DNA of 64,000 bases, from assembly GCF_963921235.1 (NCBI RefSeq), contig NC_086114.1:61566001-61630000 (forward strand), written 5' to 3'. The position numbers were made by a program, and so were the translations under genes. The stretch comes from Mobula hypostoma. Its lineage: Eukaryota. This document shows, one piece after another, positions 27,199-40,205 of this stretch (positions are counted from its first letter, which is position 1; every line of letters begins with the position of its first letter). The notes below the pieces were generated by a model, which saw nothing but the letters and a program-made list of their open reading frames with translations, was not told where the DNA came from and made no database searches.

Positions 27199-27976
27199 CA
27201 ATGGATTCCAGTTAATTAGGACACTTCATGACCAGTACATTTTGGCCCCGTTAAGTTTCATGGAAAGAGATACAAGGGTATTAACATTTAAAAGAGTAAC
27301 AAATTACATATTTAAATGAAATACAGAACAAATAAGAACATTACAATGCTACTGCAACATTATAAAACTGTGTATTGACTCTTAATAGTTATCCATGGAG
27401 GAATTCATTCAGTGTATGCTGTCATGTTCTTTTGATTGACTATAATTATCAAAATCAGCACAAACACCTAGTGCAGAAAATGGACTACCTTCATACAATG
27501 CTTTCAACGACTGCATCATCCAAATCTTAATCTTAAAGATGATTGTTGACACCTTTATATTCTTTGTAGATCCTACTTGTTGAAGTAGTGAAATTGTTTC
27601 ATTTTCACTCCTGGCCATTTCTGGCATTTCCAAGCCTGAATGCTTGAAGCCACGGTGAGCAAATTAGTTCTGAGTTGTCTTCCTGTTTATTTCTTTCCAA
27701 CTATCAGTGATGAAAATCACTGCTTTTTTAATGCAAACACATGCAACTAATGCTATTTAAAAACTGTTCACTCTAAGCACAGTGTAGTGTCTAACAGTCA
27801 CACAAGTGCATGCAAGTGATGCTAGTTAGAAACTGGTCGACAATCATCTCATGTTCCAATTTAGCACCATAGTGTCCCAAATAAAACAAAGGGAATCCCA
27901 GCTATTTTCTCAATTAGTTTTGTTCTTTAAGAGTTGGCCTAAATAAGCGGCTGCCCCAATTAACTAAAATCCACTG
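27199..27976. mobile_element. Tigger/pogo-type internally deleted DNA element
   Basis: TA|caatggattccagttaattagg...cccaattaactaaaatccactg|TA terminal inverted repeats. Confidence 0.7.
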
Positions 27977-28230
27977 TATTTCCTTCATGGAATTTCTTTC
28001 ATGGACTTTACAATTGGAATGTTTACTGTTGAGATGACAGATTCGTTTGTTTTGTCAAGTTTATCCAAAATGCAGAGTGACTCAAAATGGAATATAACAC
28101 TGTAATATATGATAGATTCAATAAATTTATATATTACAAATCTAAATGTATTTACATTTGGTGCCAATATGCAAAAATAAACAGATTACGAAAAGCAGAA
28201 AGGTAAAAAGTCTGAAAGACATTTGAAATC

Positions 28231-28245
28231 TCAATCCATATCGTG
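28231..28245 (-). CDS. VPS13C: Candidate alternative terminal exon of VPS13C (coding part HDMD-stop; short isoform lacking PH region)
   Basis: CTAAT branch-like motif (28275-28279), pyrimidine tract tctttcccttttctcttt, atgcag acceptor, then CAC GAT ATG GAT TGA in phase 0; non-repetitive context. Confidence 0.55.
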   Translation of the reverse strand, partial: HDMD

Positions 28246-28522
28246 CTGCATGTGTAAAGAGAAAAGGGAAAGACATTAGAATTTTGCCATATTAAAAGGT
28301 AAAGGATCATACGTTTTTCATTCAGCAATTTTTGGCAGAAGTAAAATAAACAAGGATTCAAAGTGAAAAGAAAGCTATTTATGTTGGGGCAGAGAGAGAG
28401 ATCGTTTAGAAGGGGAGGCACAAGAAGGCATTAACCATAACAAAGCAGCCTCCCATCTATTCCCATGATCATTGTAAGTCGCATTTAATTTCTAATACTA
28501 GCAATTACACTGTTAAGTATGT

Positions 28523-29025
28523 ACAGTACTCTGTAAAGTCTTAGGGTGCCTAAGGCTTTTGCACAGTACTGCATTTGTCAACGTGGAGTGGAGATCAGGC
28601 TTGTAAATCTGGTAGGAGCAAAGGATATTGGGGATGGCGAGGGTGAAGCACCACAGGAGGGGCAAGGGACAGGTGGCGAAGGACTGCCAGTGGCAGGGCG
28701 TGGCATGGGTGCAGACATACCCAGCCCCAAGGCACCAGGCAAGGTCATTTGATTCCAAACAATTGGTTTACTGATCGTTGCAGAATGTGTCTTTGGTGCT
28801 TCCCACAACCTCTCCTCTCCTTTCCACTTTTCCCAACCATGATTCCCTTCTCCCTGCCCCTTCCAACTCTCAGTCCACAGCAGAGACCCACATCAGAATC
28901 AGGTTTATCATCACTCATATGATTTTTTTTTTTTGCAGCAGTACAGAGCAATACATAAAATTACTACAGTACTGTGCAAAAGTCTTAGGCACCCTAGCTA
29001 TATTTTATATATGTATGTGTGTGCC
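28523..29025. mobile_element. Second copy of hairpin-ended MITE (inverse of 7027-7866, without the SINE)
   Basis: Reverse-complement similarity over ~450 bp; cagtact..taaagtcttagg..cctaaggcttttgcacagtactg terminus. Confidence 0.7.
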
Positions 29026-29379
29026 TTTGAACAAAATAAAAATAAACTACAAATGTGAAAAATCTAATAAATATAAAATACAACAAACCCATCAGACTAA
29101 ACCGTGACAGGGCTCGAAGTGTCAATCCTCTGTACTGTAACCTCACTTGTAACCTGCGTGTTCCTTTTTTGGCAGCTTTTATATCCTCTTAACAACTTAC
29201 TTTTTTACCACCTTTGTTTAATCAACATAATTAGCAATGGTACCTTTATTGCCTTCATGAATATCATGAATAAATAGAGGTCCCAGCAACAATCCTTACA
29301 GTAAACCATTTGTTATATCTCATCAGCCAGAAAAAAAGACTCATTTATAACTCTGGTACCACAAATCTCTGGTAGTCAC

Positions 29380-30190
29380 AAGGGATTACGATATGCAGGT
29401 ACAGGTAGATTGGGAAAATCAGGTGGGTGCTTGTTGCCAAGAAAGAGACGGTAATAGGGGATAAGGAAATAAGGAAATGGCAGACGAACTAAATAAGTAT
29501 TATCTTCACTGTGAAAGACACTAACAGAATGCCAGAAGATTGAGAGCATCAGGAGACAGAAGTGAATGCAATTGCTATTACTAGAGAGAAGGTGCTTGGG
29601 AAGCTGAAAGGTCTGGTTGATAAGTCACATGGACCAGATGGACTACACTTCAAGCTTCTGAAAGAGGTAGCTGAAGAAGTTGTGGAAACATTAATAAAAG
29701 TCTAGTTTCTGTCAAGGTTCTGGAGGACTAGAAAATTGCAAATTCACTCTTTCAAAAAGGAGGCAGAGGAAAGGAAATTATAGGCCAGTTAGCCTGACAA
29801 TGGTTGGAAAAATATCGGAGTTGTAGGCACATGATAAAATAGACCAAAGTTAGCATGGCTTCTTTAAGGAAAAATCTGTGGAAATCTTTGAGAAAATAAT
29901 AAGCAGGATAGACAAAGGAGAATTGGTAGATATTGTGTACTTGGATATTCAGAAGGCCTTTGACAAGGTTCCACACGAGGCTGCTTAACAAGATACAAGC
30001 CAAGGGTATTACAGGAAAAACTAGCATAGACAAAGGATTGGCTGATTGGCAGAAGTTGAAGAGTAGGAATAAAGGAAGCATTTTCTGGTCGACTGCTGGT
30101 GACTAGAGATTGGTTCTGCAGGGGTCGATATTGGGACTGCTCCTTTTTACATTATATGCCAATAATTTGGATAATGGAATTGATGGCTGA
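29380..30190 (+). mobile_element. Old CR1 ORF2 fragment with internal deletions
   Basis: NYRPVSLT, VYLDIQKAFDKV remnants. Confidence 0.7.
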
Positions 30191-31639
30191 GATGAAGATC
30201 TTATCTAAGTAAAAATGTTTTTCATCATTGAAGTCTATCCATCAGTAGGTTCAGGGGGTATGATGTGGAACATTTATTTCTCATTTGAAATAGAGGAGGC
30301 CCTTAGCCCAATGAGTATTTGTTGGCTGTCAGGGAGATTGCATCAGTCACTTTCTCTGCATTTCTTATAAATATTCTCTCTCTCACAAGACAATCAAGAC
30401 CACCCAATTCTCCTGCAACCCACCTGTTACAAGATCAACTTGAAGTTAATCTAATAGCGCTCTTTGAAGCGTTGAAGAAAACTGGAGCACTGGAGGAAAA
30501 TAACAGTGAGAACCGATTGCTGGGCCACCCTAATGCTACATTTTCTTAAACAGGAATAAATTGCATTTTGAACTGTTTTATGAGAGAAGTGAGCTTATGA
30601 TGGAATAAAGTGAGGAAAACAGAGTGGTGAAGGAATCGTTGGAAATGCTTGAGATGGCAGGCTACAAATTTGGGTGCTGAAGGCCTACATCACAGAATGG
30701 AGAATATTAAGTAGCAGAAGAAACTGCAGATGTACATATAGAGCAACAAACAGTCTGCTGAAGGAAGGTGTGTCAAGCATGCTGTGGGGGGTGTGGAGGT
30801 AGGAAGGATCTGTCTAAATGTAGGAAAATTCATTTCCTCCCACAGATGCTGCTTGACCCACTGAATTCCTTCAGTAGATCGTTCGTTGAATTTCAAGTGA
30901 TGGCAGAGACACATTATGTTCTATTTTACAGAGAAAGGCATCACAAAACTGTGACTTAGAAGAAAGCAGAGTGGTGCCACTTTGTGGTCTGTGACCACAG
31001 TACCAGTCCCATTGGATTGAAGGAGAGAAAGCCCTTTTTTTTGGGAAGAAGACTGAGAAAAGGATTCTGAGAACAAATGCGCACTGGTTTCTCCACTCAC
31101 TATGATCCTGCCAGACACAATGCATTCCTATCATATGTATTCAAAGACTCAAAGTACATTTATTATCAAAGAATACATAAATTATACAACCTTGAGATTT
31201 ATTTTGCTTACAGGTAGCCACAAAGGAAGAAACACGAAAAAAATCCAAATTAAAGAAAAAAATAGAAAGTCCAACACCCAATGTGCAAAAGAAAGTGAAA
31301 AAATACAAACCATGCAAACAACTGAAGTGAGCAACAAGTGTATTGCAACAAGTGATATATTACAATAGCCAATGTCTAGAGAGAAAGATACAGAGGACAA
31401 TAGATACTACTCAACAAAATACACTGCTATGGTACTGGGACTTCCCAGGTGTAGACTGTGTGGCATGGATTTTGAGTTAATGACCCTGTTTTTAAGATGG
31501 AATAGCTCATATTCCACATTCTGTGTGCCACTGCAGAACTGTCAAACATGGGGAGAGCACTCAGCAACAATTAGAGGGCAGCATTCGAGGATATAATACA
31601 TGCCCAAAGTTAAATCCATTATAAAAGTGTTAGAAGCTA

Positions 31640-33080
31640 ATCACAAACAAGAGAAAATCTGCAGATGCTGGAAATCCAAACACACACAAAATGCTGGAGG
31701 AACTTGGCATCTATGGAAAAGAGTACAGTTGACGTTTTGGGGCCAAATCCTTCATCAGGACTGGGGAAAAATATGAGGAGTCAGAGTAAGAAGATGGGGG
31801 AGAAGGGAGGAAGAAACACAAGGTGATAGGTGAAACTGGGGGGGAAGGGGGGACAAGGGGAAGGGAGGGGGGAAGGGAGACAGGGGAAAGTAAAGAGCTG
31901 GGAAGTTGAATGGTGAAAGAGATACACGGCTGGAGAAGGGGGAAACTGATTGGAGAGGGCAGAAGGCCATGGAAGAAAGAAAAGGAGGAGGGGCACCAGG
32001 AGGTGATGGGCAGGTAAGGAGATAAGGTGAGAGGGGGAAATGGGAATGGGGAATGGTGAGGGGGGGGGAGGCATTACTGGAAGTTTGAGAAATTGATGCT
32101 CATGCCATCGGGTTGGAGGCTACCCAGATGGAATATAAGGTATTGCTCCTCCAAACTGAGTGTGGCCTCATCGTGACAGTAGGGGAGGCCATGGACTGAC
32201 ATGTTGGAATGGAAATGGAAAGTAGAATTAAAATGGGTGGCCACTGGGAGATCCTGTTTTTTCTGGCAGACAGAGCGTAGGTGCTCAGTGAAGCAGTCTC
32301 CCAATCTACGCGGGGTCTCACTACACCAGGAGCACCGCACACCGTAGATGACCCCAACAGACTCACAGGTGAAGTGTCGCCTCATAGTAGTGAGTGAGAA
32401 GGTGAGTAGTGAGCAGGTGTAGTACTTGTTCTGCTTGCAAAGAAAATGCCAGGAGGGAGATCAATGGGGAGGGACAAACGGACAAGGGAGTTGCATAGGG
32501 AGCAGTCCCTGCGGAAAGCAGAAAGCAGGGAGAGGAGGGTGGAGGTAAAGATGTGCTTGGTGGTAGGATCCCACTTGAGAAGGTGTAAGTTACAGGGAGA
32601 ATTATGTGCTGGACGCGGAAGCTCGTGGGGTGGTAGGTGAGGCCAAGAGGAACCCTGTCCCTGGTGGGCTGGCGGGAGAATGAAGTGAGGGCAAACGTGC
32701 GCGAAGTGGAAGAGATGCGGTTGAGGGCAGCATTGATGGTGGAGGAAGGGAATCCTCTTTCTTTGAAGGAGGAGAACATCTTCTTAGTTCTGGAATGAAA
32801 AGCCTCATTTTGAGTGCAGATGCAGGTGAATCGGAGGAATTGAGAGAAGGGGATGGCATTTTCACAAGTTACAAGGTGGGAAGAGGTATAGTCCAGGAAG
32901 CTGTGAAAGTCAGTGGGTTTATAATAGACATCAGTAGAAAAGCTGTCTCCAGAGATAGAGACAGAGAGATCGAGAAAGGGGAGTGAGGTGTCAGAAATAG
33001 ACCAGGTACATTTGAAGGCAGGGTGGACTGTTGGCTTCTGATGGCCTGCTGATCTCCTCCACCATTTTGTGTGTGTTGCA
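31640..33080 (-). mobile_element. Penelope-like retroelement, 5'-truncated, with GIY-YIG endonuclease pseudogene and decayed 3' hammerhead
   Basis: FTCESVGVIYGVRCSWC..ETPRRLGDCFTEHLRSV..PVATHFN..EQYLIFHLGSLQPDG (32074..32385); FKERGFP..PLGLTYHP linker; short inverted end 33026-33080. Confidence 0.88.
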
Positions 33081-34323
33081 TAAATGTGTTAGATACTGGA
33101 GAAGGAATCACCTAGGAAGAGAAAGTTAGGTCCAAGAACATTTTTAGTAGGACAGATAGAAGAGGTTTCAACAGATGAGTGCTTGCTACATAGAGATAGA
33201 GAGCCACAGGCCACATGGATGAGCTGTCAGCAACAGGAAAGGAGCTCATGGGGGCAGTGCTGCTGGCTGGATCCTCCACTGTGGTGGCAGAACTGGTGGC
33301 TCTAAAGGGGGCTAATGTCATGGGAAGGGTTGACATTAAACTAAAATTAAAGTTGTCTTGCTGGATTAGTGCACAAATGAAATACAACAATTAATGGAAA
33401 TTGCACAAGATAATTGGTAACTGACATCTTCCACTGTCCCAGCAAATCAGCTAACAATTTACAATTAATGGTGAAATCCCAACAACAGACTTTTGAGCAA
33501 TATCTTGGGACATAATGAGAGTGGTCAGATTCATAGATATTACTAAAATGGGAGCACTTGTGATCAGCAAACAAAACATCAAAAAAAATGAGGGCAATTA
33601 AAGAAATAAAATTCTCTTCAAGCAGTACGTCAGAACTTCAGCAAATGAAGCTAATGACAGTTTTTAGGTTGTGGAAATATGCCCTCAACAGAGTCACAAA
33701 TCTCTCCCCAAAAATGAGATACAGAACAAAAGTCAAGAAAATTGTATGGATGAAAAGGTAAATACATCAACACAAAATTTATTTTAGCAACCTGCATTTC
33801 CTGGTGCATGCACAGATGATATCGTTGTACTCTGGAAAATCACCACCAGTACAGGTGCCACACATGAGAAAAATGAGACATAAAATCTATGGTGATATTA
33901 CACTCAGCCATGACCAAGCACACCCATTCCACAGCAGCAGTCAAAGCAGGGAAAATGCAGAAAAAGGCTATTCAACCTTTGATGGTATGAACAAACACAG
34001 TTCAGAGAAAGGGGCAGCGGGGATGGACCCAACTAAATGAGAGGACAACGGGAATGGAACCAGCTCAGAGAGGGCAGTGGAAACACACCCAGAGAGGGGA
34101 GCGGAAATACACCCAGAGTGCAGAGCTGGGAAGGACCAATCAGCAAGTTCAAAGCAGTCAATGCCATCATGTGTTTCACTTATGCCATTTTAAATGCCAG
34201 AATTTGATGGCAGAACAACTTGAGAGTTGAAGCTTCATGTTTCAGAAAACTCAGATTTTATATATCTATTATAATTCAGCAATTTAATTTTTCTGCTTTT
34301 CGATGATTAGCAGCTCAGCTTAC

Positions 34324-34438
34324 CTCAAACAGGTGACAACCCTCAGATTCTCTTCGATTGTAGGGCCTGATAATCCCATCCTCACGAATATATCGAGGAG
34401 GGCGGAGTTTACTCACATCTTCAGTTGATTCCGCCACC
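34324..34438 (-). CDS. VPS13C: VPS13C coding exon (K)VAESTEDVSKLRPPRYIREDGIIRPYNRRESEGCHLFE
   Basis: tatacag acceptor, 115 nt, gtaagc donor; conserved RPPR...DGIIRPY motif. Confidence 0.96.
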
Positions 34439-34739
34439 CTGTATAAACAAGTGATGGTTAACTCTAATTCCTAGTCCCATGAACACTACCTCATCCATGA
34501 ACACTACCTCACTTTTTGAACATATTATTTGTTTTTGCAGGATTTTTAATTTATTCAATATACATATACTGTAATTTCTTTCTTTCTTTCTTTCTTTTTA
34601 TTTTATTTTTCTTCTATATTATGTATTCTATTGAACTGCTGCTGCTAAGTTAACAAATTTTACGACACATGGCGGTGATAATAAACTTGATTCTGTTTAA
34701 CTCTATTTTATTTAAACTAACTTTAAATTGCTTTTTTAA

Positions 34740-36600
34740 AAAAGAGATAATTACACAAAATTACAACAATAATTACACAAAAGGGATACTTCAAAAGCAG
34801 AGCCACTGAAGACAGTAACTAAGAGACTAAGGCCAGCTGTCTTCACGTCTGCCATAAGGAATTAAAAAGAAGCCATTATTAAAGATACAGGGTACTTTGA
34901 AAAATTCAAATGGGAAATTGTCTTCGGCCTATTTATTTGAGCACTTTTCAGAAATAAATGTAGCAAAAAATGACTTGTGGATGTTCTATACATTGATAAG
35001 GTGTTAAAGTTCATGGAAGTTACATACGGGTGTGAGTTCAAGATTAACAAGCTAATAGGGAAGTATAGGCACAAATGTCTTTCTTCTGTAGTTGGCAAAA
35101 TTAACCAGTGTGTAGCACAGCCACCTTTTATAACTTAGATGAACGTGTTGGATGAAGGAAACTAAGTTGTGAAGAGGACACATGGAGGATACTAAAGCAA
35201 TATTGATAGGTTAAGCCAATGGGAAAAGATCCAGGAAATTAAATATAATGTAGGAAGACTTGAAACTACCCAATTTGGAAGAAAAATAAATTATTAGTTT
35301 ATTTTTGAAATGGTGAGAGACTGCAGAGCTCTGAGATACAGACGGATCTCAGTGTTTCCTATTCATGGATCTCAATGTCAGCAAAACAAAAGAGCTCGTC
35401 ATTGACTTCAGTGAAAGGGGGGAGTGCAGCCATTCCCATTTATATTAACGGTGCTGAGGTGGAGAAGATTGAGAGCTTCAAATTCCTAGGAGTGAACAGC
35501 ACCATAGCCTGCCTCGGTTCATAAGACCATAAGAGACTGGAGCAGAATTAGGCCATTCAGCCCATCTAATCTGCTCCACAACCATGTTGAAGCCACAGTC
35601 ATCAAGCTTACCACCATCTCTACTTCCAAAGAAATTTTACATGTCCTCCTTCAACCCTCAGATTTTTATTGATGCATCATAAGATTCTATCTGGAAACAC
35701 AATGGCTTGGAATGGCAACTGCTCCATACATGACCACAAGCTCACCGCTTAGCACATCACGAAAACCACCCTCCACTAAGTGAACTCTGTCTATTCTTCT
35801 CACCCGCTCTGGAAGAGAGCTAGTATAAATCAAAGAAACCACCCACCCTGGACATCTCTCTTCTCCCCTCCCATTGGGCAGAGGATACAAAAACCTGGAA
35901 GCACATACCACCAGGTTGAAGGACAGCTACTATCCCACTGTTATAAGACTACTGAACTGTTTCACAGTATGATTAAACAAATTCTTGACTTCGCGACCTA
36001 CTTTGTTTTGACCTTGCACTTTACTGTCTACTTGCATTGCACTTCCACTGTAACACGTCATTGTGCAGTTTGTTACTGTTTTACCTTGTGCTACCTCAGT
36101 GCACTGTTAAAATGAATTGATCTGTATGAATGGAATGCAAGACAAATTTTCACTATACCTCAGTATGTGTGACAATAATAAACCAAATTAGAGTAATTTA
36201 CAAGTAATTAAAAAACTAACAAAACATGATTATTTATTGCTATGGGATTTGCATAAAAATAGGAACGGTATATTGAGTACTGTGAACAGTATAAAAGTGT
36301 CCTTATTTAATTATAACTTGAAAAGCATTAGATTTAATAATCTAATACCGGGAATGGCTGGAATAGAGGTCATACAAGGAAAGGTTGTACAAGCCAGGCT
36401 TGTATCCACTAAAGTCTGGAAGAAGGATTGAAACATAAAGTCCTGAGGGGTCTTGACAGGGTGGGTATGGAGAGGACATTAGTCACTGCTTAAAAATAAG
36501 GGGTCACCAGCTGAAGACACACGAGGAAACACATTCTCTTGGAAAATATGAGCTTTTGGAACACTAACTCAGTTGGCACTAGAAGCAGAGTCTTTTAAGG
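34740..36600 (+). mobile_element. Highly degraded CR1 with nested Rex1-like 3' fragment (~35378-36190)
   Basis: Decayed KTKELVIDF/ESFKFLG and HPGHLSSP..GRGY motifs inside CR1-like flanks. Confidence 0.55.
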
Positions 36601-37356
36601 TAGAGGGGGCCTGATAGCCTGAAAGCCTGGACATAGGGCGTGAGTCCATGATGGACTTCATTACTTCTCTCCAACTGAGGCAAAGTTGAGGTCAATGATG
36701 ATGAGAGCAGAGGATGTTCAGGTGTTTAGCGCCCTCTGCCTAAGTTTGACCAGTCTTCCTCTCCCTCTCGCTAGCTGCTGTTAGAGGAAAGATTCTTGGG
36801 ATCCATGTTACCAGGATTAATCGATGAGGCTGTGGACTCGTTTTGAGAGATTTTGGGGTTCATATTGCATGTGTTCCTGGATTACGATTATTCTTCCGTT
36901 TGCTGTTTTTGAGCGGTTTGATGCGGACTGGGGCACTTTGGCGAAGAATGTCCCTGTGGCCTGCAGTGGGCTTGTGGCATGGCGCTGAACTGAACTAAAC
37001 TAAACTGATTACTACTTGTGTCCTGGTTTGACGTTTGATATTCCATGTGTTGTTTGCTCATTTTTTGCTGTTTGTGCAATTTGTTCTTATTTTTAGGTGT
37101 TTGATGTTTTCTTTGAACAGGTTCCATTGTGCTTCTTTGTTTTGTAGCTGCCTATGGGAGGACGAATTTCAGAGTTGTATTCTGTACTTTGATAATAAAT
37201 CTACTTTAGTCAGCAAGAGGCAGAAATGCTTTGTGGGCTGTTAAAGCTTACAATCAGATCAGTAATGCTTGAGGGAATGGTTTCAGGGGCCAAGTGGCCA
37301 TCTCCTGTTCTAAATTCTATCATCTGAATGGACTCTGTTGGTGCAGCACATCTTAC

Positions 37357-37480
37357 TTTTTGATTCCCTGGAAAGTGCTGCTTGCCATGTCAATGATTCC
37401 ACCAGTTGGCCGTGCAACGACTCCAACTAGACCTTTGCCAACCCCTTTAAAGAAACCAGCTGCACCTTCTTTCTTGGCAC
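37357..37480 (-). CDS. VPS13C: VPS13C coding exon (G)AKKEGAAGFFKGVGKGLVGVVARPTGGIIDMASSTFQGIK(K), ATG2_C-like amphipathic region
   Basis: caacag acceptor, 124 nt, gtaaga donor; seen in ORF 37353..37610. Confidence 0.97.
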
Positions 37481-38124
37481 CTGTTGAGGGAATTGTTGCA
37501 AACTGGTCAGCATTGCTCTTCCTCCCATCTGTTCTCACACAAATGTAAAACATAGTGGTTAATAAAAATTGGTTTAATGGCATAAAATGCAAAACTATTA
37601 ATATGAACACTACAGATTAAGGCCCAGACTAATCCTGGACAGGAAACATAGTTCAGGAAAAGAGATTTGCATATTTTCTGTACTCAATGAATTTAAAGTG
37701 GTAATTCATTCAGCAGGTCAAGGAAAGATGTTTTATGCCCTCAAGGGTCGAACTCCGGTGGTCTGAAAGCAAAGTCCATAAGATAGATGGACAGGTTAAA
37801 GGCCAGGTCCTCCATGGAAGAAAAACTACCTGACAAATTGGTCTGTTTTGTTGACGTTATAACTAGCAATAATATTGGGGAGACAAATAAAATGGAAAAC
37901 AAATTAAATAATATGAAAGAACACAGAATTGGAGCCAATATACTGGATGATTGCTTATCAGATGGCAAGCCTGTCAAGTCATCTTTTTCACTTGAAGGGC
38001 CATGATAATAGAGGGTCATAGAGTTACACAGCATAAAAAAGGTGTTTTCCCGAGGTAGTTTCATTTGCCTGTATTTGGCTTACATACCCACAAATCTTTT
38101 CCATCCAAAAGTCTTTTACACATA

Positions 38125-39300
38125 CAGAGCCCATAAACAGTATTCACCCCTTGAAAGTTTTCATGTTTTGTTTTGCAACACTGAATCACAGAGGATTCAA
38201 TTTAGCTTTTTTTGACACTGATCAACAGAAAAAGACTCGTTCATGTCAAAGTGAAAACAGATCTCTACAAAGTGATCCAAGTTAATTACAAATATAAAAC
38301 ACAAAGTAATTGATTGCATAAGTATTCGGCCCCTTTAAGTCAGTATTTAGTAAATGCACCTCTGGCAGCAATTACAGCCTTGAGTCTGTGTGGATATAGA
38401 CACTGTAATTTTTCCTCATTCTTCTTTACAAAACTGCTTAAACTCTGTCAGACTGCATGGGGATAGTGAGTGAACAGCCCTTTTCAAGTCCAACCACAAT
38501 CCTCAATTGGATTGAAGTCTGGACTCTGACTTGGCCACTTCTAGGACATTAACTTTGTTTTTAAGCCATTCCTGTGTAGTTTTGGCTGTATGCTTGGGGT
38601 CACTGTCTTCCTGGAAAATCTTCTCACAAGTCACAGTTCTCTTGCAGACTGCATCAGGTTTTCCTCCAGGATTTCCCTGTATTTTGCTGCATTCATTTTA
38701 GACTCTACCTTCACAAACCTTCTGGGGCCTGCTGCAGTGAGCATTCCCACAGCATGATGCAGCCACCAACATGCTTCATGGCAGGGATGGTGTTATTTTG
38801 AAGATGTACGATGTTTGGCTTATGCCAAATATAGTATTTAGTCTGATGGCCAAAGAGCTTAATTTTGGTTTCATCAGACCATAGAAACTTCTTCCAGCTG
38901 ACTTCAGAATTTTGCACATGCCTTCTGACAAACTCTGGCGGAGATCTCATGTGAGCTTTTTTTCAACAGTGGTTTTCTCTTTGCCACTCTCCCATAAAGC
39001 TGACTGGTGATGCACCTGAGCAACAATTGTATGCACAGTCTCTCTCATCTCAACCATTGCATCTTGTAACTCCTCTAGAGTTGGTGGCTTCAGTCACTAA
39101 TTCCCTTCTTGCACAATCATTCAGTTTTTGAGGATGGCCTGCTCTAGGCAGATTTACAGCTGTGCCATATTCTTTCCATTTCTTGATGATTGACCTAACT
39201 GTACTCCAAGGGATATTCAGTGACTTGGAAATTTTCTTGTATCCATCTCCTGACTTGTGCTTTTCAATAACCTTTTCGCAGAGCTGGCTTTTGCCTTCAG
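38125..39300 (-). mobile_element. Tc1-like transposon, 5'-truncated transposase pseudogene
   Basis: TA|cagagcccataa..tattcacccc end; GYKKISKSLNIPWSTVRSIIKKWKEYGT (paired-like HTH), LWSDETKI, KHVGGCIMLW. Confidence 0.88.
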
Positions 39301-40205
39301 GACGAGGAAAGAGGGTAACCGTGCACTTGTATGCATTGGGGGATTGGTGGTGTAGAGAGTCAGCAGCTTTAAACTCCAAAGCATTAACATACCAGATGGC
39401 TTGTACTGGGGCTAACATATAGTTGAGTCACAAGGGAAGTGTGCCAATGTCTTTCCTTTCATACAAGGTGGAGGTTCAGCTTTTCGCTGAACACTCTAAC
39501 AAACTTTCACATAAGCATTGGGAAAGTACCCTGATGGTTGCATCATGGACTGTACAGTGATTTGAATATAAGGTCCAGTGACACCCGAATTTAGAGGACA
39601 AATATCTTTATGGGCAGATTTGCTACAGCTCTTCAGGAGGGTTTAAACTAATTTGGGAAGGAAATGGAACTGCAGTGATAAAGGCAGAAGATGGGGCAGT
39701 TGGTATACAAGTAGATACAGCATGTAGTGAGACTGTGAGGAAGGATAGCCAGTTTTTTGGCTCAATTGCAGTCAGTGGGACTGTGTGTCTTTAAAATAAA
39801 TAGTAAGGATTGGGTTCGACAGTTCTGAAAAGTGAGGATAAAGTAAAAGGGAAGGAGAGTGCAGGAGAAGTTATGAAATTCTCCAGATGAAATAAAAAGA
39901 CAGTTTAGAAAGGGATAAGAATTTAACTTCTGGTGATGTGGAGGCAAAATTGAAAGGGTAATCAATATTGGAGATAGAAAAGGTATGTAAAAAGAACAAT
40001 GTTTCGATAGTCATGGGGATTTCAATATGCAGGTAGATTGGGAAAATCAGGTTGGTGCTGGATCTCGAGAAAAGGAATTTGTAGAATGCCTGCAAGATGG
40101 CTTTTTAGAGCACCTTGTGCGAGGCCACTTGGGAAATGGTAATTCTGGATTGGGTGTTGTGTAATGAACCATATTTGATTAGGGAGTTTAAGATAAAGGA
40201 ACCTC

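Noticed and set aside
27985-28167. 60-aa ORF or caacag acceptor near 28026 as an alternative exon
   Set aside because: Weak pyrimidine tract and an immediate TAA; the 28245 acceptor is much stronger
33790-33850. RVQRYHLC-like stretch as the YRYHC exon
   Set aside because: A much better exon with correct phases exists at 14122-14213
37481-37610. N-terminal part of ORF 37353..37610 as coding
   Set aside because: Lies upstream of a clear acceptor; intronic
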